Source: an uncultured bacterium (GTDB lineage Bacteria; Fidelibacterota; Marinisomatia; Marinisomatales; UBA1611). From it: a stretch of 64,000 nucleotides of DNA. A program made the position numbers and the translations under genes. This document shows, piece by piece, positions 1-8,711 of the stretch. The DNA is taken from assembly GCA_943788175.1 (NCBI GenBank), contig CALSPG010000001.1:160001-224000 (forward strand). Direction: 5' to 3'. The notes below the pieces were generated by a model. The model searched no databases. It was given only the letters and a program-made list of their open reading frames with translations, and was not told the DNA's origin. Within the stretch, counting starts at the first letter, position 1. Each line of letters begins with the position of its first letter.

Positions 1-2395
1 AGATAAAATCATTTCCATGGTCATCACCACTAAATTCAATTGTTGGGCGGTCATCATTATCAATGATGGTATATGTATACCTAGTCGAATTCCCTAAGCT
101 TGCATTTTCTGGTTCCCCTATTAGATTTACAATTAATAATTCATCGAATTCATCTAATTTATCATCAATGACTTTGAAATTTATGGTACCGGTTCCAGGC
201 GTTCCAGGAGGAATAATCATTTTTCCATTTTCTAGAATATAATCTTTATTTCTTTTTGAAGTGGTACCGTAGGAACTTACTCTATATTTTACTGACACTT
301 CTTTTTCTGAATGAGTAGACAATGCATATCGGATGAATTTTGAGCTGTCGGACTCTAAACCGCTGCCTCTTTCATTGACTGTGTAGATATAAGGCGCTGG
401 ATCATCATCATTTATCACAACTCTATGTGAAGCTTTAGCGCCGAGAGTACTGTTAACAGGGTCTAAAAGAGAAATAATAATATCCTGCAATGGTTCATCA
501 ATTGTATCATTAATTATAGAAATATCTAAAGTGTCTCGTGTAATCCCTATAGGGAAAAAAATAGTACCATTTATTAGTCTGAAATCCTGATCATTTATCG
601 CGCTGCTATTAGACTCAACTTGATAATTAACTGATACTTGTTTCCCACTTTGGTTTGAAAGAGCTAAAATCAGATAGTGTTTTTCAATTGATTCCGAAAT
701 TGTTGTATTAGTAGATAAAAACTCCACAATAGGAGGAGGGTCATCGTCTAAAATTGTTAAGATATGTCTTCTTGATGCCCCGGTGTTAGCATTAGTAACA
801 GTCGAATCTATAAGGTCGATTATTAATGTTTCATCATATTCATCTATATTATCATTATTTATATTTAATGGAAATGTTATGCGTGATTTTGTTGCTGGTA
901 CGGAAATGATTTCTTTAATGTTTGTATAGTCTTTTCCATTTCCTGAAGCCGTACTATCATGTGATACAGCGTATATTGATGTGTTTTTTCCTGATCTGGC
1001 TGAGACGCCAAGAGAAATTTTTGCCTTTCCAACGCTTTCTATAGCACTTGAACGACTAGTTAATATTATCAATGGCTCGGGTATGTCTAGAATGTAAACA
1101 TTTAAAGTATCTATTCCAGAATTATACTTGTCATCTACTTTTAATTCAAAAACCAATGTATCAATTGTTGCTCCAGCCGCCTTTACATTAACAACAGCTT
1201 GACTCCAAATTTTTGAAGTAGCTTGAGTTCCTGAAAGCTGGCGCCACGTATATTTTAAAATTTCCCCATCAATATCATTACTTTTTGAACCATCTAAAAT
1301 GATAGGGTCTCCGATGTCAATTGTTTGGTCATCACCTGCAATAGCAATTGGGAAAAAATTTTTATTATATACGCTCACTTTTACAGTATCGTCATCGATG
1401 ATGTTTCCAGGACCTTTAACAGTTAGTAAAAATTCATAATTCTCATCAATAGCTGGACCTAAAAAATTAAAAATCGGATTAAAAGGATCTTCAATTTTGA
1501 AATTATCTGATAAGGTAGTCCATTCATAACTTTGAATAATATTATTTGGATTATAACTCTGACTTCCATCAATAAATATTGTTTTTTCATAGGCACTCTC
1601 TTGATCTTTACCAGCATTTGCTATAGGTGGTTCTGGTCCAAATGTTAAAGTGCTTACCTCTTGTTTCTCTTTGGTCATTGTGACATCAATGTCTGCAATG
1701 TTTTGATTATTCTTTGGCCATGATTTTAATTTGAATTTTACTAACATCTTTTTCTTTGAAATTGTGAGAGTATAATTAGCTGGATTTAGATTTTCAATTT
1801 TAAAAAGACCTTCTTTATTGGTCTCTATTTCAGAAACGGCGTTATAATTTTCATCAATAAGAATTATAACAGCTTTTTTAACAGGTTTACCTTTTTTATT
1901 TAATACTTTACCACTAACAAATACTTTTTCTGCCTTTTTTGGCATTTTTTTTCTTTTTTTAGGTTTTTGTTCTGTTTTTTGTTTAGTATCATTTTTTATT
2001 AATGTGGCAGCTTCTTTATTTATAGTTGGTTCTGGACCAAAAGAAGTCTTTATTCTAGTGCCTTTTTCGGATAACTTTATTTCTAAGTCCTCAATATCTA
2101 AATTTCCTGAAGGCCAAGCACGAATTATTACTTCTCCAGACTCTTTCTTTTTAATTACACTGAGATAATAATTTTTTGCATCAAGATTTTCTAGAACAAA
2201 TTTTCCCTTCTTATCTGTCTCCACAACTGTGACTTTTTCTTTTTTTGCATTCAAAAGCTTAATTTCAGCCTTCTTAATCAATTTTCCATTTGATCCTTTG
2301 ACAATTCCTTTTATTGAGACCTTATCAATAGAAAATGCAAATGTAGTGATAATTATTAAAAACAATAATTCTTTATATATTTTGCTAGAATTCAT
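1..2395 (-). CDS. Large secreted/surface protein (truncated by window edge): 2 carboxypeptidase-regulatory-like domains, 2 PKD/Ig-like domains, at least 3 Calx-beta repeats
   Basis: Not in ORF track (runs off the edge). Manual translation from ATG 2395 is open to base 1: MNSSKIYKELLFLIIITTFAFS (signal peptide), SIKGIVKGSNGKLIKKAEIKL / VSGKVLNKKGKPVKKAVIIL, PIANAGKDQ..IDGSQSY / PIAIAGDDQ..LDGSKSNDIDG (PKD), repeated IxxDxIDExxExLII...TIxDDD (Calx-beta). Confidence 0.85.
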   Translation of the reverse strand, partial: MNSSKIYKELLFLIIITTFAFSIDKVSIKGIVKGSNGKLIKKAEIKLLNAKKEKVTVVETDKKGKFVLENLDAKNYYLSVIKKKESGEVIIRAWPSGNLDIEDLEIKLSEKGTRIKTSFGPEPTINKEAATLIKNDTKQKTEQKPKKRKKMPKKAEKVFVSGKVLNKKGKPVKKAVIILIDENYNAVSEIETNKEGLFKIENLNPANYTLTISKKKMLVKFKLKSWPKNNQNIADIDVTMTKEKQEVSTLTFGPEPPIANAGKDQESAYEKTIFIDGSQSYNPNNIIQSYEWTTLSDNFKIEDPFNPIFNFLGPAIDENYEFLLTVKGPGNIIDDDTVKVSVYNKNFFPIAIAGDDQTIDIGDPIILDGSKSNDIDGEILKYTWRQLSGTQATSKIWSQAVVNVKAAGATIDTLVFELKVDDKYNSGIDTLNVYILDIPEPLIILTSRSSAIESVGKAKISLGVSARSGKNTSIYAVSHDSTASGNGKDYTNIKEIISVPATKSRITFPLNINNDNIDEYDETLIIDLIDSTVTNANTGASRRHILTILDDDPPPIVEFLSTNTTISESIEKHYLILALSNQSGKQVSVNYQVESNSSAINDQDFRLINGTIFFPIGITRDTLDISIINDTIDEPLQDIIISLLDPVNSTLGAKASHRVVINDDDPAPYIYTVNERGSGLESDSSKFIRYALSTHSEKEVSVKYRVSSYGTTSKRNKDYILENGKMIIPPGTPGTGTINFKVIDDKLDEFDELLIVNLIGEPENASLGNSTRYTYTIIDNDDRPTIEFSGDDHGNDFI

Positions 2396-2618
2396 TTAAT
2401 ATTTATTTTTTGCTGTTTTGTAAAAATAATATAGCTTATCTATCTTCAAATTATTCTCAAATTACACAATACTAAATAAACCTACAATGTTATGAATACG
2501 CCTATATTTCAAACATATTATATATATATTAGAACTAATAGTATGGATGTTTTTAAAAATAGATAGTGATTTGTAGCTATTAATTAGTGATCATAAATTG
2601 AATTTGATATATTAAAAA

Positions 2619-4307
2619 GTGGATAATAACAAATTTATTAAAAATCTAAATTCTATTATTGGCGAATCTAATGCTCTTACTGCCGATTGGAATAAACAAC
2701 CTTTTTTAAAAGGCTGGAGATATGGAGAAGGTGATGCAATTGCAGTAGCAAAACCAGGTACATTATTTGAACTTTGGCAAGTCTTGCAGCTTTGTGTAGA
2801 CATGGACATAATTGTTATTATGCAAGCAGCAAACACGGGTTTGACAGGAGGATCTACTCCCTACGGTTACGACTATGACCGACCTATATTAATTATAAAT
2901 ACCATGCGCTTAAGCGATATCCAGATTATTGACAAAGGTAAGCAAATTATTGGATTCTCTGGCAGTACATTATTTAATCTTGAGGACAAACTAAAATCAT
3001 ACGGTAGAGAGCCTCATTCTGTAATTGGCTCATCATGTATTGGTGCTTCAATTGTCGGCGGCGTATGCAATAATTCAGGTGGTGCTTTGGTCAAGAGAGG
3101 ACCAGCTTACACAGAGCTTTCACTTTATGCAAAGATAGATTCAAAGGGTAAACTAATATTAGTTAATGAATTAGATGTTCATCTTGGTAATACTCCAAAA
3201 GAAATATTAACAAATTTGCAAGATAGTAATTATGGACAAAACGATATTAAATACTCAACAAAACTTGCATCTGATAATAAATATCAAGAAAGGATAAGAG
3301 ATGTTAATGCGAGTACACCTGGACGGCATAATGCAGACAGTAGGCGTTTGTATGGCGCTTCTGGTTGTGCGGGAAAAATCAGTGTTTTTGCTGTACGTTT
3401 AGATACGTATCCTATCTCAAAGAGTAACCAAGTATTTTATCTAGGAACAAATGATCATTACATCCTCGGTAAAATTCGTAAAGAAATATTATCTAATTTT
3501 AAAAATCTGCCTACTTCTGGAGAGTATTTGCATAGAGATTGCTATGATGCCGCAAAAAAATATAGTAAAGATACATTTATAGCCATAAATAAAATGGGTC
3601 CTAGTTTCATACCGAAATTATTTGAATTAAAGAGAAGAGTAGACCTCATTGCTAAAAACTTTAAATTTCTACCCAATAATTTATCTGATAGAATAATGCA
3701 AATTTTAAGCAATTTTTGGCCTAATCACCTTCCGCTTAGAATGGAAAATTTCCGTAAACGTTTCGAGCATCACTGGGTTATTGAAATGTCGGATGAGGGT
3801 ATTAATGAAGCTAATGAATATTTTAATAACTTCTTCGCAAGTAATGAGGGTGATTTTTTTATATGTACTAATGATGAAGCTGAAAAAGCGCTTTTGCATC
3901 GTTTTGTAGCCGCAAGCGCATTTGGTCGTTATTATGCACTCAATGAGAAAAAAACTGGAGGAACTATATCCATGGATATTGCGTTACCTCGAAATGATAA
4001 AGATTGGTTTGAAAAACTACCCCCTGAAATTGATGATTTATTAGAAATGAAATTATATTATGGTCATCTGTTCTGTCACGTTTTGCATCAAAATTATATT
4101 GTTAAAAAAGGTGTTGATGCTGAAAAGCTGAGACAAAAATTATTAAAAATATATGAGTCCAGGGGTGCCGAGTATCCGGCAGAGCACAATGTCGGCCACG
4201 AATATTTCGCTAAGCCTGCTCTTTCTGATTTTTATAAAGACTTGGACCCCACAAATAGCTTTAATCCGGGAATTGGACAGACAAGCAAGCTTAAAAACTG
4301 GAAATAA
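2619..4307 (+). CDS. dld: Membrane-bound FAD-dependent (quinone) D-lactate dehydrogenase
   Basis: QAANTGLTGGSTP, GREPHSVIGSSCIGAS, NNSGGALVKRGPAYTE, GAEYPAEHNVGH, FNPGIG motifs as in E. coli-type Dld; 562 aa. Confidence 0.95.
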   Translation: MDNNKFIKNLNSIIGESNALTADWNKQPFLKGWRYGEGDAIAVAKPGTLFELWQVLQLCVDMDIIVIMQAANTGLTGGSTPYGYDYDRPILIINTMRLSDIQIIDKGKQIIGFSGSTLFNLEDKLKSYGREPHSVIGSSCIGASIVGGVCNNSGGALVKRGPAYTELSLYAKIDSKGKLILVNELDVHLGNTPKEILTNLQDSNYGQNDIKYSTKLASDNKYQERIRDVNASTPGRHNADSRRLYGASGCAGKISVFAVRLDTYPISKSNQVFYLGTNDHYILGKIRKEILSNFKNLPTSGEYLHRDCYDAAKKYSKDTFIAINKMGPSFIPKLFELKRRVDLIAKNFKFLPNNLSDRIMQILSNFWPNHLPLRMENFRKRFEHHWVIEMSDEGINEANEYFNNFFASNEGDFFICTNDEAEKALLHRFVAASAFGRYYALNEKKTGGTISMDIALPRNDKDWFEKLPPEIDDLLEMKLYYGHLFCHVLHQNYIVKKGVDAEKLRQKLLKIYESRGAEYPAEHNVGHEYFAKPALSDFYKDLDPTNSFNPGIGQTSKLKNWK

Positions 4308-4402
4308 TATAACCTATTACTGTAAAACTGGTTCAGGACCATAACCTCTTGTACAAAAATAAATAGATAACTAATTTTAAATTAAACTATTTGAGGAAAA
4401 AA

Positions 4403-6673
4403 ATGCGGAAACATAATCGGACTTTTTACAAAGTAATTCTAGTCTCTCTTTATTTTATAAATATTTCTTTTGGCGAGTCGGTTGCGAGATTGATTAAATC
4501 TGAAGGCGTTGTTTATTTAAAACGAATGGGTATGCAAACATACTCTGAAGTTGCGCAAGTAGGAGCAAGTATTAATAACGGTGATGCCATCAAAGTAGGC
4601 GATTATGGTTTTGCAGCATTAATTTTTATTGATGACAGGTCAGTTGTAAAGGTCAAACCTAATTCACAGTTTGAAATTATGGATACAAAAAATACAAGAT
4701 CGGTAAATATTGAATTTGGAACAATTTTAAACAAAATCGAAAAAGAAAACAGAACCAAAACATTTCGAGTCGTTTCACCAGTTAGTGTCGCTAGTGTAAA
4801 AGGCACTGAGTTTGCAGCTATGATTAATCCTTCAGGTGTTGATCAATTTATAGGTAAGGAAGGGCTTTTTGATGTGTTTAACTCTGTCAGTGGTCAAACA
4901 GTTAGTGTCGGTCCAGGTCAGAAAGCACTAAGTGGTTCCACTGGAAGTTTGATGCAGGCTCCAGCAAGTCCGAATGAATATCCTCAGGATCCAGAATTAG
5001 AGTTAGAAGTTGAAGAAAGGAAAAAACCTTCAGAGCGTGATGAATCAAAAAAAATAGAAAACGATAATCAACAAAGAGAAGTAGAAACAAATGATTCGGA
5101 AATCAAAAATAAAACCGATCAAATAAATGATAGTACCATTAATAATGAAGTTGATTCTAATGATTCACAAAAAACAGATGATGCACCTAGCTCGCCTAAA
5201 AAACCATTTGGAATGGGACTCGGGATTGGCTCTGCTACAATAGATGGTACTCTTTACAATCAGTTAGCATTAAGACCAGAAATCAATTTTGCGGGTATTG
5301 GAATAGGTTTAGATCTAGTTGTTTATATGGATGATGAAGGAAATATTAGACAGGATGAGTGGGACTTTGATGATAATCCAGATTTGATTTATGATAAAAT
5401 TTTATATATACGATATGGTGAAAAGTCTTCTCCTATATGGGCAAAATATGGTTCGATTGAAAATATGACATTAGGTCAAGGTGGATTGATGAAAGGATAT
5501 TCAAACATGATGGAGTTTCCAACTGTTAGAAGAGTTGGGATAAATACGGGTTTTAATCTCGGATCTATTGGAGGAGAAGTGTTCCTATCAAACATAAAAG
5601 ATTTTTCTCGCGGAGGAACGATATTTGGTTTGAGGGCTCAGTATAAAATATCTGATAATTTACCAATTACTATTGGCCTCAATTACATTTCAGATGCAAA
5701 TATGTTTTCTGCGATGAAAGATAAAGATGGCGATTCATTCCCTGATGTGTTTGATGATTTCCCAACAGATAGTACTCTTTGGAATGATACAGATGGTGAT
5801 GGTTGGGCTGATCCAGGGCATGGATTATCTGTACCAGACTCTTTGATAGATATTGACGCAGACGGTGATAATATTGTTGATACTATCGACGACAGTGTAA
5901 TGATTAAAGCTAGGCCATTTAGCATAAATGATAATAAAGCATCTGTATCTGCTTGGTCGTTTGATGTTTCTTATCCTGTATTAACAAGTAAAATGTTATC
6001 ATTGACAGTTTATACCGAATTTAATTCTCTTATGTTTCCTGAGGTATCTACGATAGGTGAGTCTTCTGATACACTTTTTTATCGACCTGAAAGATCTGGC
6101 TCAGGGATTACGCTTCCAGGAATAAGATCAAAACTTTTTGGGTTGCTCGACCTTTCACTTGAATATCGTTCTGTGCAGGGATCTTATGTACCTCAATTTT
6201 TTGATCAAGCATATGATTTAAATAGGGTTTTAAGTGTTTCGCAAGGTACTAGTACGACTATTAAAACAAAAGATATGTCTATTTTTGAAGATTATGATAA
6301 TAAAGCGTCATCAAGTGGTGTTTACGGATCTGCGAATATGAGTATTCTCAATTTATTGAATTTTAATGCATCATATGCAAGTATGAAAGCTGATACTCTA
6401 GAATTCAATAGTTTTAACTCAGTTTTAACATTAAATACTGACAACATTCCCAAATTAAGTGTCGCAACAGCTTTTTATAGAAGAAATAACGATAAAGACC
6501 CTTTTGATTTTAAAAATCCTTCTGCGAATACTGTCATGGGTTATAAAGTCGGTTACGAAATGAGTAAGGGTGTTAGTCTTATTTGGGAGTATAGTGAATT
6601 CTATCGAGATAATGGTTCAGGGGAATTAGAACCTGTTAGACAAACGAAAGTAGAGACAGCATTTAGTTTTTAA
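4403..6673 (+). CDS. FecR-domain protein fused to a putative outer-membrane beta-barrel with Asp-rich (TSP3-like) Ca-binding insert
   Basis: ATG 4403 after GAGG; signal peptide; FecR-like GDAIKVG..LIFIDDRSVVKV..SPVSVASVKGTEF; acidic linker; amphipathic strands ending KVETAFSF; DKDGDSFPD/DTDGDGWAD/DADGDNIVD repeats. Confidence 0.7.
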   Translation: MRKHNRTFYKVILVSLYFINISFGESVARLIKSEGVVYLKRMGMQTYSEVAQVGASINNGDAIKVGDYGFAALIFIDDRSVVKVKPNSQFEIMDTKNTRSVNIEFGTILNKIEKENRTKTFRVVSPVSVASVKGTEFAAMINPSGVDQFIGKEGLFDVFNSVSGQTVSVGPGQKALSGSTGSLMQAPASPNEYPQDPELELEVEERKKPSERDESKKIENDNQQREVETNDSEIKNKTDQINDSTINNEVDSNDSQKTDDAPSSPKKPFGMGLGIGSATIDGTLYNQLALRPEINFAGIGIGLDLVVYMDDEGNIRQDEWDFDDNPDLIYDKILYIRYGEKSSPIWAKYGSIENMTLGQGGLMKGYSNMMEFPTVRRVGINTGFNLGSIGGEVFLSNIKDFSRGGTIFGLRAQYKISDNLPITIGLNYISDANMFSAMKDKDGDSFPDVFDDFPTDSTLWNDTDGDGWADPGHGLSVPDSLIDIDADGDNIVDTIDDSVMIKARPFSINDNKASVSAWSFDVSYPVLTSKMLSLTVYTEFNSLMFPEVSTIGESSDTLFYRPERSGSGITLPGIRSKLFGLLDLSLEYRSVQGSYVPQFFDQAYDLNRVLSVSQGTSTTIKTKDMSIFEDYDNKASSSGVYGSANMSILNLLNFNASYASMKADTLEFNSFNSVLTLNTDNIPKLSVATAFYRRNNDKDPFDFKNPSANTVMGYKVGYEMSKGVSLIWEYSEFYRDNGSGELEPVRQTKVETAFSF

Positions 6674-6680
6674 TTCATAA

Positions 6681-7451
6681 ATGGCCAAAATATGTCTACT
6701 GCTTATCGTTTTATTGAGTCCATTAAAGTCTCAAGGTGAAATAGCTATTTTAAGCTCAAGGGTTGGAACCCTAATTGACATTCACGAAAACAGGTTTTAC
6801 CGTATTTTCCCAAAAGTAAGAAATTTTTTGAGTGCTCAGGTTTACTTAAAAAGCAGCAATGATTACAAGGTTAGAATTGTCGTTAACAGAAAAGATAAAA
6901 AGAAGACTTACGAAAAAAACATGTCTTTAAAGCAGTTTACTAGGTTTCAAAACAACATAAATAGACAACCTGAATTCACAAAAGAAGCTCGCGAGATAAT
7001 GTATGCTGGAATGGATTTTTTAAGGGCATCAGATATTTTAAACGATATTAAAAAACCCCAATATGTCAAAATAATACATACCAATAGTGACCGGCTAAAT
7101 GGAACATTAATTGGTTTTGAGGATAATTTAGTTGCTGTGCAGACTGCTACAGCAATAGAAAAAATAGATTTGAATGATATTGAACGTATTTCATATAGAC
7201 TTTACAGTAATGAATTTTTAGGTTTAAAGCCGTATATTTACGGATTGAGTGGAACTTTTGGATTGAATGTGGCTACACTTTACAATAGTCAACGAAGTCC
7301 TAGGTTAGATGAGTCATGGTATTATAAATTCTATGGTATAGTGGTGGGATTAATTTTCAGTAGTGAGCTTTATGAAGCATTAGCGACTGTTTTAACACCA
7401 TCAGAAACGTTTATCTTATCTCAGGATGAGTATGAACAAAATTATAAGTAA
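6681..7451 (+). CDS. Hypothetical exported/membrane protein
   Basis: 256 aa ORF in operon context, N-terminal signal, two weak C-terminal hydrophobic segments. Confidence 0.7.
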   Translation: MAKICLLLIVLLSPLKSQGEIAILSSRVGTLIDIHENRFYRIFPKVRNFLSAQVYLKSSNDYKVRIVVNRKDKKKTYEKNMSLKQFTRFQNNINRQPEFTKEAREIMYAGMDFLRASDILNDIKKPQYVKIIHTNSDRLNGTLIGFEDNLVAVQTATAIEKIDLNDIERISYRLYSNEFLGLKPYIYGLSGTFGLNVATLYNSQRSPRLDESWYYKFYGIVVGLIFSSELYEALATVLTPSETFILSQDEYEQNYK

Positions 7452-7465
7452 TAACTGGAGTCTTT

Positions 7466-7900
7466 ATGGCTGGAACAAATAATGATAATATTGAGGACAA
7501 ACCGAAAGTGGACCCTCAAAAACAATATTTAATCGAGCAATTTGGCAACCTGATGGAAAAAGTTGGTGAAGGATATGGTGGTCCATTGCAAGAAGAACTA
7601 ATCAGGCGAATGGAGCAAACAATAGCTGATTTTGATGAAGAAGTAAGCGAGATGCTTGAGCACTTGCGTGATAATTCTGTTAAGCGCCATGAAAAGTTAA
7701 AAGAAATTTGGGAGAATCCTGAGCAAGGGTCTGGTCAAGTCGATAATGACGTTCCCGATGGACCTGGGGCGTCTGAAGATGCTAGTGATTGGGAAAAAAG
7801 GCTTGAAGGTATTGCTGATAGAAAAGAAGAAAATTCAAAGGAAGCTCCTAAAGAAGAAGCCCCAAAGAAAAAAGGTTTGTTTGGGCGCGGCAAAAAGTAG
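7466..7900 (+). CDS. Hypothetical acidic/coiled-coil protein
   Basis: GGAG RBS before ATG; helical N-half, low-complexity tail ending KKKGLFGRGKK. Confidence 0.75.
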   Translation: MAGTNNDNIEDKPKVDPQKQYLIEQFGNLMEKVGEGYGGPLQEELIRRMEQTIADFDEEVSEMLEHLRDNSVKRHEKLKEIWENPEQGSGQVDNDVPDGPGASEDASDWEKRLEGIADRKEENSKEAPKEEAPKKKGLFGRGKK

Positions 7901-8289
7901 TGCCAAATTTGAGGGTGCTCATTCGCCTTCAATTTATATTATTATCAGTAACTTTCTGGTCTTTTTTGATCGGTCAAGAACAACCAGAGAAATCTCGCTC
8001 ATTTTCACCACTTACTAAAAAAGTATTTAGTTACTCTAAGTTAGACTTTGTTACATCTGAAGGTGAGTTTAATGAAGCTATATGTACCTTAGAAATTCCT
8101 AATCTTTCTTCTGATAGTCCTCCTTTCATTGCCATTTATTATAGAAGAGAAAACTCTCTTTGGTTCACAGAATCTTTATACAGAAAGCGATTGAGATTTA
8201 GTTTTAAAGACGGTGTTATAAAGTTAGACAGGTCTAATTTTTGGGATTGGTTTGAAATCGAGGAAATTAAGATAGTGGTAATTTATTAA
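7900..8289 (+). CDS. Hypothetical exported protein
   Basis: GTG overlaps upstream stop (TAGTG); signal-peptide-like N-terminus; 129 aa. Confidence 0.6.
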   Translation: MPNLRVLIRLQFILLSVTFWSFLIGQEQPEKSRSFSPLTKKVFSYSKLDFVTSEGEFNEAICTLEIPNLSSDSPPFIAIYYRRENSLWFTESLYRKRLRFSFKDGVIKLDRSNFWDWFEIEEIKIVVIY

Positions 8290-8431
8290 AGTTTCAAACG
8301 CTGTCATTTACAAACAAATATGATTGTCATAATTAATATGAGATATATAACATTTTGTGTTTAATTTTGTCATTATAAATAGTTTATGTCTATTTATAGT
8401 TAACATAAAAAGTGATTTGAAAATTAATTTT

Positions 8432-8704
8432 AGGCCGTGCTAGATGGGGAGTTAGCGGTGCCCTGTTACTTGCAATCCGCTATAGCAAGATCGATACTTA
8501 TGCTAGGATTTTATCGATTGATTGTCTAGTACTATGCAGTGTTGATAGTTTAGTCCTGTTGCAACATTAAATTAGTGAACTCCGTCAGGCCTGGAAAGGA
8601 GCAGCGGTAAGCTTTCTTTTTTGTGTGCTTGCAGTTAATTAGATTTGAACTGATAAGGTAATAGATTTTCATTTATGAGATTTCCAAATATAACCGCATG
8701 GCCT
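8432..8704 (+). ncRNA. ffs: Signal recognition particle RNA, large (Alu-domain) bacterial type
   Basis: 5' GGCCGTGCTAGATGGGGAGTTAGCGGTGCCCTGTTACTTGCAATCCGCTATAGCA matches the Bacillus-type scRNA Alu domain; S-domain GTCAGGCCTGGAAAGGAGCAGC; 3' GCATGGCCT pairs with the 5' end; directly upstream of dnaX. Confidence 0.93.
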
Positions 8705-8711
8705 AATTAAA

